From NCBI GenBank assembly GCA_037447605.1, contig CM074820.1, positions 1,674,001 to 1,738,000 of the forward strand: a stretch of DNA of 64,000 nucleotides. The letters are read 5' to 3'. The position numbers were made by a program, and so were the translations under genes. A model generated the notes under the pieces. It was given only the letters and a program-made list of their open reading frames with translations. It was not told the DNA's origin and ran no database searches. The first letter of the stretch is position 1. Each line of letters opens with the position of its first letter. The stretch comes from Zygnema circumcarinatum SAG 698-1b (lineage: Eukaryota; Plantae; Zygnematophyceae). Positions 39,015 to 49,820 of the stretch are shown here, piece after piece.

Positions 39015-39905
39015 GGTGACGAAATGCAGCTTGTTAAACCCTAGGGAGGTTAAACCCTACGGAGGTTAAACCCTGGCGAGGGCTGAGGGATCGCAGCTTT
39101 ACACTTCAGAGAATGGAAAACCCTAAACCCTAAACCCTAAATTTGTGAGAGGTCCGGGAGGCATAGGCATGGGAAGACCCTACAACTCCGGCCGAGAGAG
39201 AGAGTAGGGGCAGTTCTATGAGGACTAATTCGACAGTCGAGCGTTAATTTCTGGGATTTCTCGGTTAGCGGTCGCGGGGGAGCCTTCGCATGTCCAAAGT
39301 TCAAGCCCTCAAGAACTGGACAGAACTGAGCACATGTGCACAGTAAAGTTGGACGGCTCCATGCTCCGTCAGAGACCGTATGGTCACCTACCGTACCATT
39401 TTGTTTTAAACCGGTTTTGTCGTGTACCGTAGGGCACTGAGTTTTCCATTCCGTAAAGCCCACTCCTTTCTCTTTTTCGAAAAAAACAAAGATTCGCCAC
39501 GTCGGATGCCGGCGTGGCACAGAGATGGTTTTTTGTAGTTCTTAAGCCACGTGGTGCCTTCCAATTGGTGATTGTGATCGCATTACATTGGAACTTTTCG
39601 CAACGTGTTCCAGAAGACTCCCACGTGGCAGCCACACAGATGCCACGTCATCAAAACGGTCCTTGACGGGGGCGTAAACGCGTCGCACATGACGCCAAAA
39701 CGGTTCATGGGTGCCCGCAAACAATTTTTTTGTCGTTTTATGGCCTAGCCGTCGGCGCACTAGAAATCACACGTGGCGCACGGCTAGAGAATGTACCGTA
39801 CGAAAATTCCCAAATCGATAACATGTATCCTTTAGCGCCTACTCCCCCTTACTGTATTATTCCTGCACCGACAAAAAGTGTACGGCCTTAAATTTAAATC
39901 AGGTA

Positions 39906-40382
39906 CAGTAGGGGCTCATATTTTCCACCCTGGTTTTGGCCAATATGAGGCGAAAATATTGATTTTGCATATATAAGGTTCGTGTTACCAATAGACGGGC
40001 GGTATTGTGTTAGAGTTCATGTTGAACCGTACGTATCGTACCCTACCATATCGTACCGTATCGTACTGTACTACTACAGCTCGTACGGCTCGTACGGCTA
40101 GTACCGTATCGGGGCGTTTCGTATTGTACCGTATCGTGCCGTATCGTATCGTATCGTACTGAAGCCAAGAAGAAGGGGAGAAGAGCGAGCGCCTCTTACG
40201 GCGGCACGTGCGGGGAGATTAGGTGAGTTTTGCGTAAGCCCGTAACGGGTAGTACATCTAGTACGGACAGTACGAATAGTACGGCTAACACCAAGTTACC
40301 GTACAAAAAGGTGGTTTCGGCAAAATCGGGGCGAATTTCTTGAGGACGCACTCAGGGCGGTAAATACGAGGACCCCCTACTG
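39906..40382. mobile_element. Putative Tc1/mariner(pogo)-type MITE
   Basis: TA|CAGTAGGGG...CCCCCTACTG|TA termini. The internal segment near 39945-40000 is homologous, in inverted orientation, to the element at 44473-44658. Confidence 0.5.
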
Positions 40383-42245
40383 TAGGTCGTTTGACATCGG
40401 GATTCGAGCGCGGGGGGTCAAGGCTAGACTACGGGAGGCCATCTAACGGCCAGGATCTGTCGACAGGAGACCAACGGACGGCGATGCGGCACCGACCAAA
40501 GATTCGTGTTCACATTCCGGGTATAATCCCCTGAGATTCCGCCAGATATCGTTTTTCAGAAGTGATCCGACAGGCGAAACAGATTTTATAATTTGGTACG
40601 TAGAAAAAGTACGAAACAGGGAAGCGGATTTTGAAATCTTTGGAACTGTCGAGAGAGAACGGACGGGTACCGCTTGCGGCACAAAGTAGACAACAAACGC
40701 CGGCAGGCGATTGGTTGAAGGAGATTGACAGTGACGTGGACCATATTGACCGTACGAAATATCTGCATTAGTGACTCATGATAGGTATCAATCAGATCCG
40801 CCATATTTGTCGTTTTCTCAATTATACGAATTGTACGATCAGATATGGATGTACGAATATAACTTGGGCTGTACGGTCATAGTGGGCGAAGTGATCAGCA
40901 AGACGAGCCGACTCGCACCGACATTTGTCGGTCAGGGCGATTTTCTTTTGCTCTGCCCGAGACACGCATACAGACAAAAAACGAGGAATTTCAAACTGTT
41001 TTGGCGGCCTGAAAGCCTTGCCCTCTGACTGCCCCCCGAGCTAAAAAGAAAAGTTCCGTAGCTTCGGGACTGGTACGGCAATCTTGTCGTGTTGGGCTGT
41101 CCAGCTCTACATATCCACTGGATGTCCGTCTGTACGGTATCCACTTGTACAGACCAAGATCTCACGTGTCATGATCGTATCGGCCGTATGACGTGCAACT
41201 ACGACAAAAACGGTATTCGGAAAAGACAAACACTTGTCGTTTCTGGTGGAGGTTAATTGTCCTTCGATTCGTTCCACCGACAACCGACTTTGTCTTTTAA
41301 GGTCAGGCCAAACTAAGACCGTTCTCGTGGCCTTAAATGGCGGGTCGCCCATTTCCTTTCCGCGAACAGTTCCGGATACTGGAAGGTGCTTTTCGCACAG
41401 TTTCAATCGTCCGTACATTTATGTGCCGAAAGTACATCCAAACAGTTGTCGATTCCGGAAGTTCCGTACTGTCCATGTGGTCAAACGACCGAATTGGGTC
41501 AACGCAGAACTTGATCCGCCGCGCGACGACGGTAAGTGCGCAGTTGATCTCCAAATTCATAGTGGACTCTCAGGATCCACCTCCGCAAGTGGAATATTGG
41601 TTCCACAGTGTTCGGTATGGCCTGCTTCTCCTTCTCCTTGTTAAACCCAGTTAAACCCATTTTCAATTTCATTTCGGTACATGTCCAACATCACAACAAC
41701 AGCAAGTACATCACTTCCATGCCAACATACGCAGTCACAACACCACCACAAGTCGGTCACACCATCCAATGTGTAAGCTTCAATTAGATGGTCCCCTCTT
41801 TACATCTCTCCCTCTCGCTCTCCCACTCCCTCTCCCACTTATCTCCCAGCCTCACCCTACCACTATCCTACTATTCCTGGCCGCCCCCCCCTAACCGCCT
41901 CTCCTAAACCGGATATATAAACAAGGACTCTCTCTGCATCGCCCCTCTTTGGCTGTACACCTACACCCTACTCAAGGGAGGGAGAGGGAGGAGAGAGAGG
42001 AGAGGAAGGAGAGGAAGAGAGGGAGAGGGAACCGCCACCAAACTCGCCTCACTCCTTTTTTTTTGCTCTTTCTCTGTTTCGATGCACTAAATTTGTCCAA
42101 AAATCTGTCCAAATTCCAAAATTTACCGCCTCAAATTCCGCTAACTTCTTAGCGAAGCCATCTCCCCACCAACGACACCCAAATTTCATTCTTCCTTGAT
42201 CTTATTTTTTCCAAATTTTTCAAAAGTAATTTCTTCCTTGGCCCC

Positions 42246-43634
42246 TCATAGATGGAGCTCAAGGTCAATCACTTTCGGCTCCCTCGAAGCGACACGTGTC
42301 GTCGTCACCATGGAAACTTCTCCGAAACTAATGTCCCCTTGGGAGGAGACCCCTTGGCTCGGCCTCTGCGCCACGGGACATAGAACTTGCGAATTTTCCG
42401 TTACCACATTTCTTCCCAGCAGCGCATTCCATGCGCTATTTCCGTTAAAAACACTCTGAAACGCAGAATTTCCGCCATTACGCAAACCAACGGCCGGCGT
42501 CAAAGGCAGCGGCGTCCCATGCAGTTTTCCGTAAAGTCCAAATCCGTTTCCGACGACGGGCGAAAATGCGGAATTCCGACATGTGAACTGCGGAATCGGC
42601 ACAGAGGACTGGGACTGGGCCTCTCTCTCAAGAAGAGGCGCGACTCCATGTTCGCCGTTCCGTGCCTCGTTACGGCCGAGAAAGACATCTTCCATGCTGG
42701 CTGTGCGTTGCCGTTTAAAGGAAGCGTCGCTGCTCGCTTCCTCTCTCCACTTCGCCGAAGGAAAAGGATATACCCCATTTGCGCCCCTTCCTCCTCCGCT
42801 CAAAAATTCCTTGTTTTCTTGCATTCCTCTCGCATTAGGAGGAGAGGGAGACGGAGCCGCCGCTCCGGACTGGAACTGTGACAGAAACTGTGACTGATAC
42901 TGTAACGGAAACTGAGAAGTTATCCAAGGAGTCGCGCCCGTGTCCGTACTGCTCGCCTCAAGAATGGCGCCTACCTTTCCGCCATGGAAAGGCGGCGGCG
43001 AGCAGCTGCTGTCGGGGCTTGCCCGTGGACGCTTCCCAGAAGCTTCCTGCCCTCCCAATGTCGCCGCTGCTCCGTACAAAGGCGGCGAAGCACATAGAGA
43101 CGGCAGCCTCTCCCTCTCCCTCTCCCCCCCCCTTCCCCTCCCACTCTCCCTCTCCCTCTCCCTCTCCCTCTCCCTCTCCCTCTCCCTCTCCCTTCCCCCT
43201 CCCATATCCCTCCCAAACAGAGTAATCCCCTTGCCCCCCACCACACTCCCAGAGCCGCCTCCGCCGCCGTTATCGACCACGGAGTGGTGCGCCATGGAAC
43301 CGGCCATGTTGTCGCCGACCATGCATGCCGGCGCGTTCTGTGCCCTCCGTTCCAGTTCCAGTTCCAGTTCCCGTTCCAGCCTGTGCCTCAGCAGGTCCTC
43401 CTCCCGGCGGCCCACCATCTTGGCGACCTCCGCGAGCCAAAGCGCGCCATTGGCGGACGAGCAGAGGTTGAGCAGGAACGCGGGGGAGACCATTGACAGC
43501 CACGCCTGCCCCTCCGCCTGCGCGCAGAACTCGGCCACCTCCAGGCCGCCACGTGGCAGCGCGCGGCTGGACGAGCAAGGACACTCGCCAGAGGCGGCCG
43601 GAGGGGACCCGCACCCGCAGCACGCCAAAGCCAT
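42246..43634 (-). CDS. Intronless 462-aa protein of unknown function with a C-terminal EAR-like motif (DLELHL*)
   Basis: Long ORF with ATG in GCCATGG context, mostly non-repetitive sequence, a Cys-rich N-terminus, a basic KRQR segment and a terminal KVIDLELHL-stop. Confidence 0.6.
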   Translation of the reverse strand: MALACCGCGSPPAASGECPCSSSRALPRGGLEVAEFCAQAEGQAWLSMVSPAFLLNLCSSANGALWLAEVAKMVGRREEDLLRHRLERELELELERRAQNAPACMVGDNMAGSMAHHSVVDNGGGGGSGSVVGGKGITLFGRDMGGGRERERERERERERERESGRGRGGERERERLPSLCASPPLYGAAATLGGQEASGKRPRASPDSSCSPPPFHGGKVGAILEASSTDTGATPWITSQFPLQYQSQFLSQFQSGAAAPSPSPPNARGMQENKEFLSGGGRGANGVYPFPSAKWREEASSDASFKRQRTASMEDVFLGRNEARNGEHGVAPLLEREAQSQSSVPIPQFTCRNSAFSPVVGNGFGLYGKLHGTPLPLTPAVGLRNGGNSAFQSVFNGNSAWNALLGRNVVTENSQVLCPVAQRPSQGVSSQGDISFGEVSMVTTTRVASREPKVIDLELHL

Positions 43635-44472
43635 GGCCGCTTTCTCTCCTCTCCTCTACTCTCTCACTCTCTCTCTCGTGCGCTCTTTCTCTATCCCTTT
43701 CGCCCCTCTCTCTCTCCCCCTCACCCTTTCTCCTTCTCTCCGCTCCCCTCTCACTCTCTCTCCCCCTCCCCCTCCCCCTCTCTCCTTCTCTCCGCTCCTC
43801 TCTCGCTCTCTCGCTCTCTCTCTCCACTCACCCGCACTCCCACCTCTCCCTCTCTCCCTCCCCCCCTCCCTGCCAGCCGACTACCGCACTCGCCCGCCCG
43901 CCCGTGCACCGAAGGCCGGCGGTTGTCCGCCGACACGTTTAGCCGTTCCATGCTCCGTTCCGTGTCGCTTAACAGAACTGCTATCCTTTCCTTGTGAGGT
44001 TCCCTACACCGTACCATCTCTGTACGGACGATAGATCTCCCCCTCTCTGAACCGTCCGCCCGTCCGTACCAAACGTCCTCAGAACGTCCGCAGGCGGGTT
44101 GACGGCGGAAACCGACGGACAGGAAACGACAGAAGGACTCTGGCGGGTATGTGATAAACGACAAGGTCGTACGGGGCACCTGGACAAGGATTTTGGCGTT
44201 TAGTGAGGCGACCGTACAGGGTGTTCCGTACATATGCTTATCAAAATTGCGGCGGAAGAAGCTGACAGGACGAGTGACGACAAATATTTTGTCGGTGGTG
44301 GCAAAGGGTACGGTCCGTACATTGCTTGGAGTCGAGGCCGGGCCAAGCTGGCGAGTCGCGACAGGCGAGGCGTATCCGATACATAAACGGCCAAAAAACA
44401 TACGGCTCTCACTTTGTTGTACGACAGTACGAATTGTACCATCGTTCGGTTCGTACAGTACCGTGTCGCTTA

Positions 44473-44658
44473 CAGTACCCCAATATTTTCGCCCCTCTTA
44501 TTTTCGCTCCCCAATATTTTCGCCCTGAATTTGCCAAAACCACTTTTTAATATAATACTGCCCGCCTATTGTTAACACGCACCCTTATATTTTCGCTACC
44601 CAATATTTTCGCCCAATATTTGCCGAAACCATGGCGAAAATATTGGGGGGGTCTACTG
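44473..44658. mobile_element. 186-bp Tc1/mariner-type MITE
   Basis: TA|CAGTACCCCAATATTTTCGCC...GGCGAAAATATTGGGGGGGTCTACTG|TA, with TA TSD at 44471-72 and 44659-60. Confidence 0.65.
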
Positions 44659-44744
44659 TACAACGTTTTATATTTGGTACGGACAATACAAATACCAAAT
44701 ATTGGCCATAGGATAAAAACTTTGTTTGTAGTGAAAAACTGCGA

Positions 44745-44955
44745 ACTTGATAGCCAACCATTGCCATGGGTACCAACCATTGCCGTCGGATCGAAACAAC
44801 CATTGCTAATGGTCGCCAATGATCACACAACCATTGGCATCCAATGGTTGAGTGATTTCCAAATATTGTCAATGGTTTCTAGCCATTGGATCTTTCAACC
44901 ATTGACATCCAACGGTTGGCCAATGGTCCATGGGCCAACCATTGGCAATGGTTGC
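44745..44955. repeat. CAACCATTG/CAATGGTTG motif cluster, same family as 12057-12305
   Basis: Multiple caaccattg and caatggttg units read directly. Confidence 0.6.
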
Positions 44956-46000
44956 CGACTCCATCGTAGGGCGGGTCGAATAGGTTTTTTGGACAGAATT
45001 TTGCGAACGTCCGTACGGTATTCTGAAAAAAAGTACATTGTAAGAAAGGAGAAGCCCTCGCAAAACGCCAAGGACGAGTGAGGACGACTAGGCTGTCATG
45101 TACGGACATGTCCAAAAATCTTAAGGCGTCCAAGCGGGCGGGCCATTTGTCGTACCAACCCTCATATCCTTAGAACCCTAAAATCCATAAAGTCCCTAAA
45201 ACCATAAAGCCTTAAAACCCTCAAAATAGTCATAGTCGACAGTTGGTGCCTTTCCACAAATCAGAATCCGTACGGTCTCGGGGAATCTCGGAACTTGCGA
45301 AACATCGGCGCGCCGCGATTGGTTCGTTTCAAAGAAAAAACAAATCATATCTGCGGACATTTTAAAGTTCATTTTAATATTGTTTGTCGTCTTCCGTGTT
45401 CGATTTTTGTCGTCGCCTGGCCGGCTCTTCGTACAATTCAGGTCACCTTTTCTGGTTTTTCGTACACCAGCTGGTAATATTTTATCGTTTAGTGTGTCAG
45501 CAGGATACCAGGATGCGTACGGACGATCGCTCGGCTCCTCAAGCTCGGACACGTGTCATAATTCCTGGGCGTACGAACAATCGTATCTGTAGAAGATTCA
45601 AAACACACAACCGTCCAAGAAAAGTACACACTAAACGACAAATTTAATGTACAAAACTTTGTCTGAACGTAAACAGTTCAATTGGCGTACGGCCCAGTTG
45701 CCTACTTTCCCTCGATTCAACTTTTCGAAACCGCCACAAGTTGGCGTACGGACGGCCTTTCTGACGCTTCTGTCCGTACAAGAGGCGCCCATTGAGAAAC
45801 GAATGTACGGCTATGAAGGTTCCTGTCAATCAATGGAGACTTTCGTACACCTTGTAAGTTCCGTACAGATTGGAATTTTGGTACAGTACAGCTTGTACGT
45901 TCCGTACATAAACAACATCTACGGTAAAAAGCAATGATGGTTTCCGAAGAGCATTCCATGGCAAGGGCACCCGGGCAATTTCAAAAGAACTTAAAGAGTA

Positions 46001-47034
46001 GGGTAGTGTTATTTCCACCCCTTTTTTGGATCCAAACACCCCTTCCCGGCCGGGCAGATGTAAAAAAGGATTAAAAACGAAAAATGCTTTTTTCAGTCCT
46101 TTTCGGAATCGATACACCACCTTGATACCAAACATGGAAAACGATACCTTGTCACCCCATTTTCAATATCTCGATCCCCTGATTTTTTTTTTTGAGAGAA
46201 AAAAATATCGGCCTGCCCGAATCCGCTCGGAGTGGAAGATCCGTCCACGAGATCGTTCGCGGCTGGCCGTCCTTTACACTTGCAATGAATCTCAGCCGTC
46301 GTTTGCTTACAGATCGCACCGAGGCAGATCACCGTTAGATCTGTCCCTGGGCTCGGTCCAGCGAATGTCACGTGCCCACGTGTCCCACCAAAGCCGTCTC
46401 AAAAGTGGATCCGTACGGTCGCAACTTCGAGGAAACGCAAAATTTTGAACATTGAGAGCCTGGACCAATCACAAGTTGCCAGGTCATACAAACGAACATG
46501 TGGCAGATGGTGAATGGCTGTCAGTTGTCAATGGCGAGCCGCCACAGGCTGGCCTGTCCAGCTCATAATTTTGCAGAGATCTCGGGCCGAGGACGCGCGC
46601 ACTCGCACTTTGCGAGCCGGCTTTGGCGGGACACGTGGGCACGTGACATTCGCTGGACCGAGCCCAGGGACAGATCTAACGGTGATCTGTTCTGGTGAGA
46701 TCTGCAAGAGAATCGACGGCTGAGATGCATTGCACGTTTAAAGGACGGCCAGACACGAACGATCTCGTGGCAGACGGATCTTACGCTCCAAGCAGATTCG
46801 GGCAAGCCGATACGTTTTTCTCTCAAAAAAAATCAGGGGAGCGAGATATTGAATATGGGGTGACGGGGTATCGTTTTCCATGTTTTGCAAAAATAAAATC
46901 TGCCCGACGGAAAAGGTGTGTATCGATTCCAAAAAGGACTGAAAAAAGCATTTTCCGTTCTTAATCCTTTTTTACATCTGCCCGGCCAGGAAGGGGTGTT
47001 TGGATCCAAAAAAGGGGTGGAAATAACAGTACCC
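46001..47034. mobile_element. ~1-kb foldback element with ~400-bp inverted arms
   Basis: The left arm GGGTAGTGTTATTTCCACCCCTTTTTTGGATCCAAACACCCCTTCC... (46001-~46400) is the reverse complement of the right arm ...GGAAGGGGTGTTTGGATCCAAAAAAGGGGTGGAAATAACAGTACCC (~46610-47034). It is flanked by TA on both sides. Confidence 0.8.
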
Positions 47035-47704
47035 TAACAGTATAACAATTTCCCACATGGAAACGATTGTTCCAGAATCCGTTTGTGTGTACACACAGCC
47101 AAAACTGAGGATTCCACGGAGAAGTCTTCTGCAGCCAATCAGAGGGCGTCCAGAGATCGCGCTGACTAGGCACCATCCACACCCATGCAGACGGCGATCG
47201 GCCTAAGGCGAAAAGCCAATCAACGCTTGCCACGTGGTCAAAACGCGATCGACGGTCAAGTTCCAGCGAGCTGCGACCTAGAACGGCGGTCACCGCGGTC
47301 GACGGCCGCCCGCCAGCGTGGCAGCAGCAACATGGAATCCGCAGTGATCCGGTGGCCACGTGGTGACATCCCATTGGTTCAAGCCATCGTGAACAACAAC
47401 GTGGGTGCCACGTCAACAAACACCACCGTAATGAACCCCAGAATGCGTTGTACACGACGGCAACAGGACTGTTGAACTGTTGTCAACTGCCAACCCTTCC
47501 CTCCGCCCTCTCTCCCTCTCCCCTCTCCCCCTCCCCGCTCTGTCCTCGGCTCTCTCCCTCTATCAACATAACGTTACAACAATCTTCTATGTACAATTCA
47601 CAAAAAAATTACACTTTTCTCCTCCCCCAAACCCCAAAATGCCCTATCTCTCTCTCTCACACCCCCTCTCTCTCTCGCTCTCTCTCTCTCTCTTCCCCCA
47701 CCCT

Positions 47705-48128
47705 TCACCCATTCCCTGCCTGCCGTCCGCCCTCCCCCCCCTCCCGCCAATCAGAATTCGTCGTGGGCCATCCCGGAATCGGCTGCAACGGACTCTGCAT
47801 GATGCTTAACGGAGCGGATTTCCGTCGCCGACTTTCCGTGTCACGGGCCCTAGGGGGCTGGGAACTGTGAACGGAACTGTTAACGGAACTGCCGGCTCCA
47901 TGCGCTGCCTCCGTTGGCGGTACGGCGATCTGTGTGGCCGTTCGCCGCGACGAGCTTTGGCTCCGCGTTGAACTGCGCAGTTTCCGTTCAACGGATTTTT
48001 GAACTTCACGGAGAGAAGCCGCCTCACGTTTGAGAGTCTCCAGCTGCAGCAATAATAGCCACAGGGAGCAACTTTTAAACGAGGATGCTTAGCCTCTCTC
48101 TCTCTCTATCGCTCTCTCTCTCCCTCTC

Positions 48129-48181
<53 letters not shown>

Positions 48182-49622
48182 TCTCCCTCTCTCTCTCTCT
48201 CTCTCCCTCTCTCTCTCCCTCTCTCTCTCGCTTTCTCTCCGTCTCTCTCTCTTTCTCCCCCTCACTCTCTCTTCCCCCCACTTAGCTCTATAAATCGTAC
48301 AAACCTCAGACCTCAAAGACTGCAACAAACATCAAAACCCCTCTAAACACCCAAATACCCAACACCTGATTTGTCTGAAAGCTCTGCATTGACCCAAAAA
48401 AACTCTAAACCCTAAACCCCTAAACCCTGAACCCTAAACATTAAACCCTAAACGTTAGACCCTTAATCCTACATTACCAAGCGGAGCAAAAAATCACCTT
48501 AAGTTTGTTCTGCTCGTGACGGTCCCACAAGGAACTGATCACCGGAGCCAAACTGAATCCGTTCCGCCCAACAATCAGAGAAAAGGTTCAATAATTTCCA
48601 ATCTTCTCTCACAAAAAAGTATTTCAAAATTTACAAAAACAACGGATTTCTAGTGTGAAGGCTATTAGGGTTCTGTGGAAAGACATTTATGTTAGAAACT
48701 CTCTCCTTCCCTCCCTCTATCCCTCCTCCTTCCCTCCCTCCCTGCTTCCCTCCCTCCATTCCTCCTTCCTCACTCCCTCCCTCCCTCCTTCCCTCCCTCC
48801 CTCCTCCTTTTCCTCCCTCCCTCCCTCCTCCTTTTCCTCCCTCCCTCCCTCCTCCTTCCTCCCTCCCTCCCTCCTTCCCTCCCTCCCTCCCTCCTTCCCT
48901 CCCTCCCTCCCTCCTTCCCTCCCTCCCTCCCTCCCTCCCTCCCTCCCTCCATGCCTCCTCCCTCACTTCCTTCCTCCCTCCCTCTCCCTCCCTCCATCCC
49001 CCCTCCCTCCCTCCCCTCCCTCCCCTCGCTCCCTCCTCCTTCAGAGCTTACCAGTATTCGAGGAGTTTGCAGAGAGAGGCCTGATAGGTGGCGCTGTGGT
49101 GGAGGGAGGCCAAGGGGTGGACTCGGGATCCACTGCAAACGAGGGAGAGGGAGCGAGGGAGGGGAGAAAAGGAGGGAGGGAGGGAGGGAGTGAGGTTGGA
49201 AGTAGGGAAGGAGGAAACGGAAAGAACACAGCGAGAGAGAGAGACCGAGCAGCGAGAGAGCGAGCAGAGAGAGGGAGAGGGAGAGAGAGAGAGAGGGAGA
49301 GAGAGGTACGTGGTGCTCTGTGAGAGAGCGTTCTGGAAAGCTGCTCTCTCCTCTGTGAACAGAATCCGTTGGAGGTCGACGAGAGGGTTGAGAGCAGCGT
49401 CGCTCGAAACGGAGGACGGAACTACCTTCATGGGAACCTCCCTCCGTTGGAACTCCGCTTCACTGAACATAATTCACATGGAACGCAGGGCGTCAGCAAA
49501 ACGGGCAGGAGTTCGGTTGCGTGAATGTGGGGAGAGAGAAGCGGAGAAAAGAGAGAGAGAGAGAGAGAGAGAGGAGGGGGGAGCGCAAGGAAGGGAAAGA
49601 AGAAGAAAGGGAGGGCAAGAGG

Positions 49623-49689
<67 letters not shown>

Positions 49690-49748
49690 GGGAGCGCAAG
49701 GAAGGGAAAAAAGAAGAAAGGGAGAGCAAGAGGGAGAGAGAGGGAGAG

Positions 49749-49820
<72 letters not shown>

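Noticed and set aside
39824-39833. Perfect U12 donor-like GTATCCTTT
   Set aside because: It is intergenic, with no flanking exon or matching branch point and acceptor found; probably chance.
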